The notes beneath the pieces are model-generated. The model worked only from the letters and a program-made list of their open reading frames with translations, was not told the DNA's origin and searched no databases. The translations under genes and the position numbers were made by a program. Positions 1 through 11,645 of a stretch of DNA of 64,000 bases are shown piece by piece. Source of the DNA: Raillietiella orientalis. Its lineage: Eukaryota. The stretch spans positions 248,001-312,000 of the forward strand of contig JAYWIR010000028.1 of NCBI GenBank assembly GCA_036172245.1. Direction: 5' to 3'. Positions within the stretch are counted from its first letter, which is position 1. Every line of letters starts with the position of its first letter.

Positions 1-150
1 GCGCGCTCCTCGAGTTCCCGACGACTTCCTTCCTCTCTCGGGTTAACTCCCACCCCGCCCTCCGCTGTCCGATCGCTGCAGGGGATGGTGAGGAGGAAAA
101 AATGCCGCTCCACCCAGGGGATCTAACGAAGGGCTTTCCCCGTCGCTTAG

Positions 151-3100
151 AAACGCTGCGCGTTCGAGAACCAGCTGCACAACACCGAGATGGAGCTGGA
201 ATCGGCGCGCATGCAGCTGGAGGAGGAGTCGGAGACCAGGATGGACCTCGAGCGGCAACTATCGAAGGCGAACGTCGACGCCATGACCTGGAAAAACAAA
301 TACGAGACCGAGGTGTCTTCGAGGATCGAGGAAATCGAGGAGATCAAGTGAGAACCTTCCTTCTTCTCCTGCGCTACCGCGCCCCTGAGAAGCACCCACG
401 ACCCCACGCGCTCTCCTTTCCCTCAGGAAGAAGTACTTGATCAGAATCACCGAACTTGAGGAGAACATCGAGACCCTCATCAGCAAGTGCTCCAGCCTGG
501 AGAAGCAGAAGTCCCGCCTGCAGAGCGAGATCGAGGTCCTCATCATCGACCTGGAAAAGGTGAGCACCTGGCCTTGCGGTGGGAACAGGGGGTCGTCCAA
601 GACGAGGGAGGGGGAGTCAGCTCTCAAAAGAGGAAAAGTCAAAAAAAAACAATGAGAAGGAGGAAGCAAGATCGTTCTCCTTAGAGAGAGTCGCCCTTCC
701 GGAACAGGTGGCGCCTCCCCTCATTAGTGGTGGCGTCAGAATGGTTCCGCGAATGGACGCTCGCGTAGTCCTCCTTCCCTCTACACCTCCCTTCGGAATG
801 TTCGCGGTGGCGACCCGCAAGACCTAGTGACCAAAGCGAGGTGGGAGCTATAGCGGGAAGCACCTGTCTAAGCGCCATCTAGAACGTTTCCTGTCAAGTG
901 CTTCAGAATGCACTTCAGCATCATCTAGGGTCGTCCCTGAGAACTTTCGAACCGATTTGGGAATCTCGAACCGCACGCGGAGTTTCCTCCTCCTTGGACA
1001 CCTGCTCCCCCCGAGCTTCTGTGGCGGAGCTTTCCGGGCCTTCTGATGACCTTCCTCTGCGTCCTAGGCCAACGGCGTGGTGCATGACCTCCAGAAGAGA
1101 GCCGACCACCTGGAACGCATCAACGCGGACCTGAAGAACAAGCTGGACGAACTGTCCGTGCTGTACGAGAATGTCCAGAGGGACAACCGCAACAAGCACA
1201 CAGAGATCCAGCGCCTCATCCACGAGATAGAGAAGATCAAGGAGCAGAAGGAGCTGGTGATCCGGGAAAACAGGAAGCTTTCCGGTGCGAGCAGAATCCC
1301 TCTTCCACCCGCCCCTCCCGCCCACCCCGCGATCTGAGAGGGTACGAGGGGTTCTTTCCCCCCCCCCCCCGCTTTCCAGACGACCTTCAAGACACGAAGA
1401 ACAACCTGGTGGAGGTCAGCAGGCGGTGCCACGAGACGGAACTGGAATGTAGGAGGCTGGAGAGCGAGAAGGAGGAGCTCAGCGTGGCGTACAAGGAATG
1501 CGAGACGGTAAGCGCCTTCGGACAAGGAAACGCGTGGAGGATGGGGTGGGTTGGTGGTGTTGGCATGTCCGCGTCCGGGAGATCCGTGCTCCTGGACCCA
1601 TGCTCTGCTCTCCCTTCCAGCTACGCAAGCAAGAAGAGCAGCGCGCCAACCGGTTGGCATCCGAGTTCAGCCAGTACCGCCACGACATCGAAAAGAGGAT
1701 CCAGCAGAAGGAGGAGGAATTCGAGAGCATGAAGTATGCCCCGAGGGCATCCCTTGGAGGAGGGGGAAAGGGGAGACCTGATCGCGTGCGCACCGCGTTT
1801 CGTGCGAGCGCGGCGCCAATCGATGCAAGGGGAAGAGAGAGGAGACACCCACGGGAGCAAGGTGGGAGGGAACGCCGGCGGTGGCTGGCAAGAAAGGCCA
1901 GCCCCGAGCGGCTAAGGGGGACCTAGCGCGCGGCGTACGGTGAGCTACAGAGAGACCTCGTTCTTTCTGCTCCTCCCAGGCGCAGCGAATGAAACGCCGC
2001 GTTCTGGAGCAAACGGTTCCGATGGCTCCTCCCCGCCGTGACCTCGTCGCTGCAGGAGGTGAACGTCGAACCTTCCCGCGAGGCGGGGAGTTTCGTGAGG
2101 GCTCGACTGCGCGGCCGGGGGTACCGCCGCGACCACTGACCTGCTAGGCGGTGGTCGATACCGGAGCTACCCGAACCGTGGCAGCAGGACGCGGTGATCC
2201 CGAATCTTGTTTTGGGAACAGGGAAGGGGAAAGGAAGGGAGGATCAACTCGCACTTCCGATGCAGGGACTCCAATTGTCCCCTTCCTCCCCCGTCAGGAA
2301 GCAGATGACGTTCGAGATTGAGCAGCTGAGCAGCCGCGTCCTCGAAGCCGAGTCCCGCCTGAAGACCGAAGTGACGAGGATCAAGAAGAAGATGCAGCTG
2401 CAGATTACGGAGCTGGAGATGTCCCTGGACGTCGCCAACAAGAACAACATCGAGCTCCAAAAAAGCATCAAGAAACAGGCCTTGCAAATAAACGTGAGCG
2501 GGATGGGTCCACTGCCCCTAGCCTCTTTCACTATGTCCTCTCGGGTGGTAGGATCTGCAAGGTCACTTGGACGAACTGCAACGTCAACTGCAGATGACTC
2601 TGGACCAATACGCCGTATCCCAGAGAAGAGCTCAGGGACTGCAAAACGAGCTGGACGAGATCCGGGGCAACTTAGACTCAGTGAGTGCGGTTCCCTTGAC
2701 CCCTTTTCTCCTCCTCCTTCAGGGAAGAGTTGCCATTTCTTTCTTTTTCTTCTTTTTTTTTTTTTCCTGCCTCGAAAACTCGGGTCGCCACAGTATCGGT
2801 GTGCTCCCCAAAAAACAGGCGCTGAGGTCGAAGAGGCAGCTGGAAGCAGCGAACGAAGAGCTGTGCACGAAAATCAACGAACTGACCACAATCAACTCCA
2901 ACCTCTCTTCAGCCAAGATCAAAGCCGACCAGGACTTCCTCGCTCTGCACTCCGACTACGATGAGTTGGTGAAAGAGTTCAAGGTAAACTACGCCTTCTG
3001 GCGCGACGGATCGCAGGGAGTCTTGGACGTTTCGGAACAAGCGCGAACGCGGAAGCAGCCCAGGGCGCGCGTGAGGGCTGCAAACGCAGCATTCCCGAGC

Positions 3101-6100
3101 AGCTGCCACAACAAGGCCGCCGGGATGAAAGGCATCCGTCTTCTCTAGTGGGGCCACTGACATCAGGCCGTGATGAATGACGACAGCGATCAAGGAATGG
3201 ATTCGAGGGATTCTCCTTAAACGACTCTCTCAAACGATCCCAAACGACTTCGTCCACCTCGTCATCTCCGTTAAAGTGCATCCGGTTTTCACTTAAGTAA
3301 GCGTCCGCAATTGTATGGCCGCCTTTTCCCTCGAATTTCCTCCCACGGAGCTCTCGCCACGCTTTTCGGCATCGCGCCGTGGGTCGTGGCATCCACGCAC
3401 CACCGTCAGGTTGCACGGACGCGTCTCGGACCGGTACGCGCATCCGCCAACGGACACGGAAGCGTCGCACGTCAACCAGGAAGAGGGAAACTGCAGTCGA
3501 AAAAAATCCCGCAAGCTTGTGTTCCAGCGTGGACGGAAACACCCCCGTGCACAGGTGTTTGCGTACGCGCTTGCATTGCGCTCGTGACGGCCGTCCGACT
3601 CCGACGGCCGCAGACGATCCTTTCAAAGGAACGCCATCGTAGCCAACGTGCTGGAGGCGCCTCGTCACTTACGGACCGGCAGCGAGCGACCACGGGACCC
3701 GTCTTGCGCACGTGGCAGAACTCGCGTTCCAATCATCCAGCTCTGCAGCGGTGAGCTTGTGCCTGGTAACGCCTCTCCGCCTCGCATCGGAGGCTGCCGC
3801 AGCGAGGGAAGGCGCTGGCCGCCGCCCCGCGGAACCTTCCTCTCAAAGAGGACGAAGCCGTGGAGGAAAAGGTCAAAAGGAAGGCTCGCTTGAGTTTGGG
3901 CTGGCGAGAGCGGCGGAAGGCGGCGGCCAGAGGGGCGCGCGCTTCGCAGGCAACGCAGAGGTGGCTGACGCTTAAGACGCGGGTCATCCCGCGGTCCGCT
4001 GAGACCATCGCAAGGCTGCCCACCGCTGCCCTAAAGAGTTCCGGAACGTATGTGGGATGTGCGACCATTCTGGCACACAAAGGAATGACAGCTTCCCAGG
4101 TGCAGACTAATTCGTTTTGGTCCTCTTGGAATCTGCGAGCTCTCCGCAACCTCGGAAAAAGAGCAAGTCGTCAAGTGGTCCGCTTACCCGTAAAAGACAC
4201 CACCACTGTTCCTTTGAAAAATGCCGGCATTCCTTTCCCCTGAACATCACAAGAGTTGAATTTAAATTTTGTTTTGGTTCCTTCGTCTTGAGAATTGAGG
4301 GAGAAGCGGCTGATTCTCGTGCATGCCACAGAATCAAATGAGCGGCGGCAAAGCAAAGAGATACATCAGCACTTGTCGTGCGGAGGCGCATTTTTCTTTA
4401 TATGTATATCTTTCAAATCGAGTGCGGGAAGCGAGACCTCGGTCCAGCTCAAACGGCTCCTGGTCTGAAGACGACGAAGATACCCTCGTCGCGTCCTCGG
4501 CAGCGAAAGGACAACTTCAGCGGGTCCAGAGACCCTCCGCTGAAAGCTGCCGCCGCTCGGTGGTGACCCAGCGCCAAACCTTATTCCATGGAATGTAGGC
4601 GTGAGGAAGTTGCTTGGTTCGAGTCCTCTGAGGCCGGAAGTGCGATTGCGCAATTCTTCGTTTTTCACGAAAGGAAACAGGAATCCTGCACCTCTAATGA
4701 CCAAAAGGCTCTTGACATCCTGTTATTGCTGAAGAGAAGGTAGTGCTCACTTCCGTGTTGCCTTCACTCGCGTGTACATGACTGCACTCTTCTCGTAATG
4801 CGGCCTTTGAAGAGAACCCTCGCGCCTAGTTTGCAAGTATTACTGGTAACACTTGTTCCTGCACTTAGTGAGATGAACGGCGTGACTGGTCCATATTTTG
4901 GATGCAAAGGAATCCCGTCGAAAGCATGGCGAGGACGCCATTTCTCACATAATAGCAGATCGCTCTTTGTTCGTGCACTGCAGCTGCACTGCGTGATGGA
5001 GCTATCAACACTGATTGATGCTTCTGGATTGCGATCTGTATCTTGCGTGGCAAATTGACAGTAACGAGGCAACGGATCGCCCGCAGCTAATAGCCACTGC
5101 AGCAAAGTTTTATGGCAGAATGCAAATTTGATTGGAATGCTGAACGGCAAAATCTTCGTCTTCGCTCCAGTTCTCTCGGCACAAGAGACGATCTCACGAG
5201 ACCTACTGCAGTGAAGAGAGGGAAAGTCAGTGGCTAAGCGACCGCCACCGAAATTCAATGTTCACGTCCTTTCGGTGCCAATCCCGACTCCACCGGTGCT
5301 CTGCTCGAGAGATGGTCGCGCGATCGGGATGGATGGGAGGGGGAGGAAACGTTCGCGTGCACCGCGTGCAGCACGAAGGCCCAGGAAGTGGAAAGGAAAC
5401 TCTTGCGATCACAACACGGTATCACTGACGTGTTCAGGAGGGGAGCGAGGACACATCTAGACAGATGGGTTCGAGAGATGGCGCCCAGGGGGCACAGTGC
5501 AAAAGGGGAAGCTCTGGAAGCTTGAGTGCTCAGCAGAGTTTGGTGAAGGAGAAAAAGTCATGGAGGTGGGAAGGTACGACTTTTGTGGAAATGGCAAAAG
5601 AGCGGAAGTGGCGAGGAGGCGGTGTGAGCGACACCGGCGGGCATCGCACCATTGAGGTCGTTTCCAGTAATAAAGAGCATTCTCATTCAGTCACGTGGAT
5701 CCTTGCCTTCGATCATCAGGATTGAAGATTGACTCATCAGTAATTTAGCTTGAAAGCGACGAAAAGCAACTCGGATTTTAGAATCAGCAGAATCGAATTG
5801 CCTGGGAAGTCTAAGAAAGGAAGCCTCGAGCGTCCCCTCGGAAGAAACTGTGGCTTTCCTAGGGGCATCGGTCACTCCCTGAGCCACAGCGGACAATTCT
5901 GAACTTCCGCAAATATCCGCTGCGGTCAACCCCAAACACCAGAAAACAGGAACCAATCGTCACGTAGGGAAGGGGGGGGGGGGAAGAAGTGAAACCTCCT
6001 CCGCATCTTCCCCAAAGAATCTGCTCTGAATCTTTGCGCAGAAACGCCTATAAGGGAATCGCACCTTTGCACACGAAAAAGGAATCTGCTGCACACAAGA

Positions 6101-7107
6101 ACGTGCAGAGATGACAGACCGAGGCAAGGAAGCTGGGCCAAGACTGGTCCAGTTATCGAAGTCAACTGACAAGGGAAAACGGCCATCGAAATAAAGGATG
6201 ATCCGCGAGATCCGGAAGCCACTGGAGATCCGGAACGTGCGCTTTCCTCCGTGAGAAACCGCGTAGCCTTTGGCTGAAAATTCAGATCGCAGTCCGAATG
6301 CGAAAGAAGAAAAAGGAAAGGGTGGAGCACACGTTTCGGCTCATCCTTAAATCGGAAATTCCCTGAGGATTTCAGAGCAGAGGTGGCACCCATCCTTCCG
6401 TGATTTCAGCCGCTCATTTCTCAGATTCTCATCGCTTTGTCATGCTGAAGAATACTCACTGATCCCCGACAAATGAGCTGATCCCGGAATCAGGAATTTC
6501 ATTTCCAGGTGCAAATCACGGCAGCGGAGTCCCCCACGGTTCAGTTTTTCTCTCCCTCTCGCGGAGTTTGGAAGCGGTGGACGATACGGGGAAGGGGGAG
6601 AACCAGACAAAGGGAAGCGATTTATAGGGAGTGCGAAGAAGGCGCGTCTTTTTCTTTTTTTAATCAAAAAAAGAGAAAGCGGCATAACGATGGTATCTTT
6701 AATGGGTTTTTAGGACCTCTGTGCACGAGAGTTTGATTTATTGACTTTTCGGGCTCTTCATACTGTGCCAATCCAATGTTTTCTTTTCCTTTTACCTCAA
6801 ACTAATGACCTAAACAAATGTTACCATAAGTGAACGAACCATCACTGAATAACAAATTTATGCGCCCTATTGATTTACGTAGCGCAGCCACGCAGAATCG
6901 CTTTCTCCAAACCTGAAGCGCGCGCGTGGCGCGTGCGCACAAGGCACGAGCTGGCACGCGCGCCAACATACTTTCCTTCTACAGGAGTTCCCATTTTTTG
7001 GAGCTTCCTTTCTGAGCATGACCGGGGCGCATTTAGGAGACTCGCCTCGCCAAGAAAAATTGGAGCTATTTCCGGGACCTCACGGCAGGGATCCAAACCC
7101 CAAGTTT

Positions 7108-7146
<39 letters not shown>

Positions 7147-8831
7147 TGTCAGCTGATTTCTGCATCCACTTACTGCGAGGGTGGACGAGGGCACATCTGC
7201 GCGCGTTCTTGTGCGCTTGAAACAACAACACACTCCAGCAAAAACCCCACAGCCTCAAAAGCTCACTCTGAAAAGGATGACGACGACGACCTCACCGGGA
7301 GCGATGAGACAGCAAGTGGGTGGCCACGTCTCAGGGATCGGCGAAATCTGCTCGAAAGTACGGCTGAGGGAGCGCTGCCCCCCGGCGGAAGCAGTGAGGA
7401 CACCCTTGCGAGATCGGACCGGAGTGAAATCCCAGCGGAGCTGCGCTCCGGAGACGACGGGTTCGCGCTCCTCCCGTCTCGCGTTCCCTGGAACCCGTGC
7501 TCGCAACTCGGGTTCGTCGTCTGGAGACCTGCCGCGGGCTTGGCTTATCGCGTGAGGAGCCGCGCGCGGGCACCGGAAGAACGCACAGACCTCTCGCTCG
7601 CTCCGCGAATCACCCAAGTGCCGAGCTCTTCGACGCTGTGCGCACCTCGGGGTGCATCCCACGTGATCCCGACTCTCGGCACGCGGGCTTCGTGGTCAAG
7701 TGTGTGCACCGCGCCATCTGAGGCAAGAAAAATACCGTCCAGGTCACCCACCACCCGGCTGGAGCGCGGTATGCCGGGGTCGCATCCTTCAACTCTTTAG
7801 CCCCTTCAGCCTCCGGAACGCACGTTTCGCCGGAATAAAAACCAGGATGCCCGTCCCAGTCCCTCTTCTCTCGCTTCTGGTGACCCTCCCTGCTGCTCCC
7901 TAGCTTCTCTTCGGAGCTCCTTCGGAACCAGTGCTCCCGATGGACCGCTCCTCGGCCATCCAAGGAGACCCGTCCTCGTTCCAGGAAGCGCCCTCGAGGG
8001 AGAGAGGGCTGCGAGATAGTAAACAAAAAAAAAAAAACAATTCCCTCGATCCCCCCTCGCCTTCCTCCGAACGCCGCTACCCGTTGTTCCTTTGCAGATA
8101 ACGGAAGACCGCTTCCAGAAGGCGCAGTCCGAACTGAAGCACACGCTGGACATCCTTCACGAGGAGCAGGAGCACGTAGTGAAGCTGGAAACCATCCGCA
8201 AGTCGATGGAAGTGGAGGTGAAGACCCTGACGATGAGGCTGGAGGAGGTGGAGGCCAACGCGTTGCTGAACAGCAAACGGATAATCAGCAAGCTGGAGTC
8301 CAGAGTAAGGGCTTCGCGCCTCGGGGAGGTCACGCTAACGGGGTCGCAGGTGCGCGACGTGGAGCTGGAGCTGGACGAGGAGAAGCGGCGCCACGCCGAG
8401 ACGCTGAAGATACTGAGAAAGAAGGACCGCCAAGTGAAGGAGATATTCCTGCAGAACGAAGAGGACAGAAAGACTGTGACCTTGATGCAGGACCAGCTGG
8501 ACAAGGCGAACGAGAGAATCCGAAGCTTCAAGAGGCAGATGTCGGACCAGGTACGCACACCCCACGGCGCGGGGATCTCTCCCCCCACGCCACCCCCCAC
8601 CCCGCGACGCGCGCTAGCGTGAAACGCGTGTTGCAGGAGGGCGTGTCGCAGCAGTCAATCCAACGCGTGCGCAGATTCCAAAGAGAGCTCGAAGCTGCTG
8701 AGGAGCGCGCGGAGACGGCCGAGAACAACCTCTCCATGATACGCGCCAAGCACAGAACGTTCGTCACGGCACTCCCCGGAACAAACACCCAGTACATCAT
8801 AGAGGAAACGCACACGAGGGAGACGTTCTGA
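151..8831 (+). CDS. Prm: Paramyosin, 3' part (5' exons lie outside the window); 11 exons
   Basis: Exons with GT-AG boundaries and consistent phase: 151-347, 427-559, 1068-1284, 1380-1507, 1621-1733, 2298-2493, 2552-2680, 2819-2983, 8098-8304, 8350-8550, 8637-8831 (TGA). The spliced product is a continuous myosin-tail coiled coil with arthropod paramyosin signatures: [117 protein letters not shown]. Confidence 0.96.
7109..7144. repeat. (CA)n microsatellite in the large paramyosin intron
   Basis: Uninterrupted acacac... run. Confidence 0.95.
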
Positions 8832-9274
8832 ACACCCGACACTTTCCTGGAAAAAAAAAAAAAAAAAAAACATGTGCACCACGCTCTCCTTTCTTCTTCC
8901 CGTCACTGTATGCCTGTTTCCGTATGTGCATTTCCACTATCGGTTCTTGTTCCTTGCCACCGAGGCCACCAACCCGAGTGGGTGTTCGTGAACGCAAGTA
9001 AATCTGCCCGCGGCACCCTTTTTATGGGATGCTGCCGACCCCTCTCAGCTCTGTACTAACCGTGTGAGCATTTCAGTAACCTAATCGTACTCTGTCCGAA
9101 ACTCGCGAGACGGCGGAGTGTCCCTGTGAATCACGCTGGAGGTCAAGTGTGACCAGTGGTCTCCGTTGTCCTTCTAGTTTAGTTGATAAGTCTGTGAGAC
9201 CTGTGTTCATCTGAGACCGGATATATGATTTTTCACTCTAATGCTATCTCGTGAAAGATTTGCCGGGTATTTGA

Positions 9275-9280
9275 AATAAA
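9275..9280 (+). terminator. Candidate polyadenylation signal (AATAAA) of paramyosin
   Basis: First AATAAA I could see downstream of the paramyosin stop codon, ~440 nt after it, in a locally AT-rich patch. Confidence 0.5.
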
Positions 9281-9726
9281 ACTTTATCTTATGGGTGAGC
9301 CTAATGGTGTTCAGTGATTCGAACGAGGTGCGCGCACTTTCCGCGCGAGCCTCACCGCCGTTGCATCGGCGCCAGTGACCGCCGCGGGTGGTTGACAGGT
9401 ACGTCACGAGTGCCACGTGCCGCCCACCCGCACCGCGGTAACCACGCCATGGGACTGGACCGCCACAACTGCGCATCCCGAACCACACCGGACCCTTCCC
9501 CTGCCGCAGGCCAGCTGGGAGCCGTCCGTGCACGGAGGATGAGTCCAGCTGTTCCGACCGCGTAAGGGCGTGCTCCGCCGCATTCCCGGCAGAGCGTCCT
9601 GGAAACCTGCCTTCGCAACGACCCGTCCCGTGAACGACACGCTCCGCTGCCGGCGGGACGGACGCAGGATCGACGGACAACAACACGAAAACAGTGCCGC
9701 AGTACCAACAGTCGGTCTGCCCTTCG

Positions 9727-9732
9727 TTTATT
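9727..9732 (-). terminator. Candidate polyadenylation signal of the TBC1D20-like gene
   Basis: AATAAA on the minus strand ~13 nt after the predicted stop codon. Confidence 0.45.
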
Positions 9733-9744
9733 AGCCGACACAGA

Positions 9745-11371
9745 TCAAAAAAAGGAACTGGGGTAATTCTTGGAAAGCAGCCAGCCAACGCCGAAAGCCA
9801 GGGCCGCCCCCAAAACGGATACGTACACGAGCGGGTGCCTGGCACGGAGAGATCGGGACAGGTTCGCCCGTGCCACCACCTTCGCTCTGTCGCCGGCGGT
9901 GCACCTGGAACGGATGGAAGTCACCTGAGTGTGCCCCGGGGCGGAAGGGAGAGGATGCGCAGCCTCGCAACTTCACGCCTTGCGCGGTCGGCGGCGGGTC
10001 AACGGGACGGGTCGCGCCGAGCGACCCGTGCGTGACGGCGCACCCAAGTCCCCTTCCTCTCCAGGAGGACGCCAAACGCCTGTGCTCACACTCTCTGCAG
10101 GTAATCCCGGACTCCACCGCGCAGCGCATCCATCGGATAACGCCGCGCGAGTTTAACGGAGGACTTCAGCACGTCTTCGATCGGAAGGTCATCTGAAAGC
10201 TGCCCGGGACTTATCCCGGGACGCGCTCGCGGTCGCGCCTCACCTCTTGCAGGATCGAGTGCTGCACAGCCATGTCGCACTCTGAGCTCAGGATCTGCTT
10301 CCTCTTGTGCAGGACGATGGAGGCCGACACGTAGAGAGGCATCTCTGGCTGCGAGCAGAGGAAATAATCGAACAGTCTGAGGATCAGATCCGCCTCCGCG
10401 AACTCGTGGGAAAACCAGGTGATGACCCACGGCAGGCAAAACGCGACCCCCACTTCCGCCCTGCGGACAGAGACGGAGTGGTGGACGGAGAGCACACCCG
10501 GACGCTGGGTACCTGACGAGATGCTCGTAAACGCCGCTGTCCAGTTTCGAGATGAGGGGGTAGACGTGATTGAGGAACGCCACGGTCTTTTGCATATCGT
10601 ACGCCAGGAACGCTTCGAGGTAGTGCAGCGTGATCTTCTCCAGGACTACGAAACCCAGCAGCTCCCCGGCAACCAGAAACACGGCCAGCGCTATGTCATG
10701 GTACCCCTGGACAGAAACGTTTTGAGCCACGGCTTTGTCAACCGTGCTCTCATCTACACTGAGTTACCAGCGAACCTGATAGTAACTGAAATCGGGATGC
10801 TTGATGAAGATCCTCATGATCAGCTTGACCACCTGCTTCTGAAAGATTCGTTTCTCCTCTTCCGACAAGCCCGGAGGGAACTTGCGCGCCGTTCTCTGCA
10901 CGTCTATGCAGACGATGTCGTAGTCCTTCGTGTGGCGCATTTTCCCGACAGAAGGAAGCCTCCACTCGTGGACTGCCTCCAGGTTGACGTTCAGGATGAG
11001 CGCCCAGGCACGGATTCGGAGCTCATCTAATTGCAGGGGGAAACAGCGGGCAGAAAGACAAGAACAAAGAAAACATGCGCACGTACACACACACACACAC
11101 ACGAGAGAGAGAGAGAGAGGTGAGACTATTGGTAGTATATAGTAACTCGTAAGAAATCCTCCTGCGGCTAAACCCAAATCCACCAGCCTTTTCCTGTCCC
11201 TCGTGGACAGGGCGCTCTCGATGGCCTCCTGCTTCTCGATGATCCCTGAGGGGGAAAGCCATTCGCTAGCGCGTGCATAGAGCGCGCTGGAGGGAACTCA
11301 CCGGCGCTCGTCAGCGGAGTCCCACGGGAGGGAGTCACAGAGTGGTCACCATGCCTCCTGAAACGGACCAT
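9745..11371 (-). CDS. TBC1D20: TBC1 domain family member 20-like Rab GTPase-activating protein with C-terminal transmembrane anchor; 8 exons
   Basis: Exons (minus): 11371-11302, 11245-11147, 11026-10776, 10706-10513, 10460-10244, 10199-10090, 9978-9925, 9838-9745 (TGA). Motifs: AAGGFLTNELRIRAW, arginine finger IDVQRTARKFPPG, glutamine finger FSYYQGYHDI, FCLPWVITWFSH, RLFDYFL..PEMPLY, ECDMAVQHSILQELSDDLPIE. The C-terminal hydrophobic segment is LVYVSVLGAALAFGVGWLL. The first exon and the last two exons are inferred from phase only and are less certain. Confidence 0.9.
11085..11119. repeat. Compound (CA)n(GA)n microsatellite in TBC1D20 intron 2
   Basis: An acacac... run directly followed by a gagaga... 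run. Confidence 0.9.
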
Positions 11372-11639
11372 GAGCTCGGATGCGGTGCGAACGAAATGAT
11401 GCGTGGTCGCATAATTGTTGATGCAGATTAAAATGGAAATGACAATGATGCTGAGGTCGGCTGGGGACACATGCATAGCAGTATTAAAATGCTGCAATGG
11501 CCGAATGGATTCGGATTTGTGGGGTACGCTGATAGGTGGTAGGAAAGACGGTACAACCTTCCACCTCGAGCCAAGGAGACAAAAAAACAAAAAAACAAAA
11601 AAATGAATGAATACCCTAAAAATAGGCAATCATGTTAGG

Positions 11640-11645
11640 TTTATT
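11640..11645 (-). terminator. Candidate DGAT1 polyadenylation signal overlapping the TAA stop codon
   Basis: ...GTT AAA TAA A gives AATAAA. A T/GT-rich tract follows ~40 nt downstream on the minus strand (11579-11602), resembling a downstream U/GU element. Confidence 0.5.

Noticed and set aside
1734..2297. Miniparamyosin-type alternative first exon (as I recall, the Drosophila junction falls at the equivalent K/R|KQ position)
   Set aside because: The intron is only 564 nt and I found no ATG-initiated frame ending in a phase-compatible donor.
2984..8097. Nested gene in the 5.1-kb paramyosin intron (e.g. ORFs 7018-7800 and 2979-3668)
   Set aside because: No recognisable domain; the ORFs run through microsatellite and GC-rich sequence.
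151..8831. Myosin heavy chain rather than paramyosin
   Set aside because: [20 protein letters not shown] and the short tail [10 protein letters not shown] are paramyosin-type.
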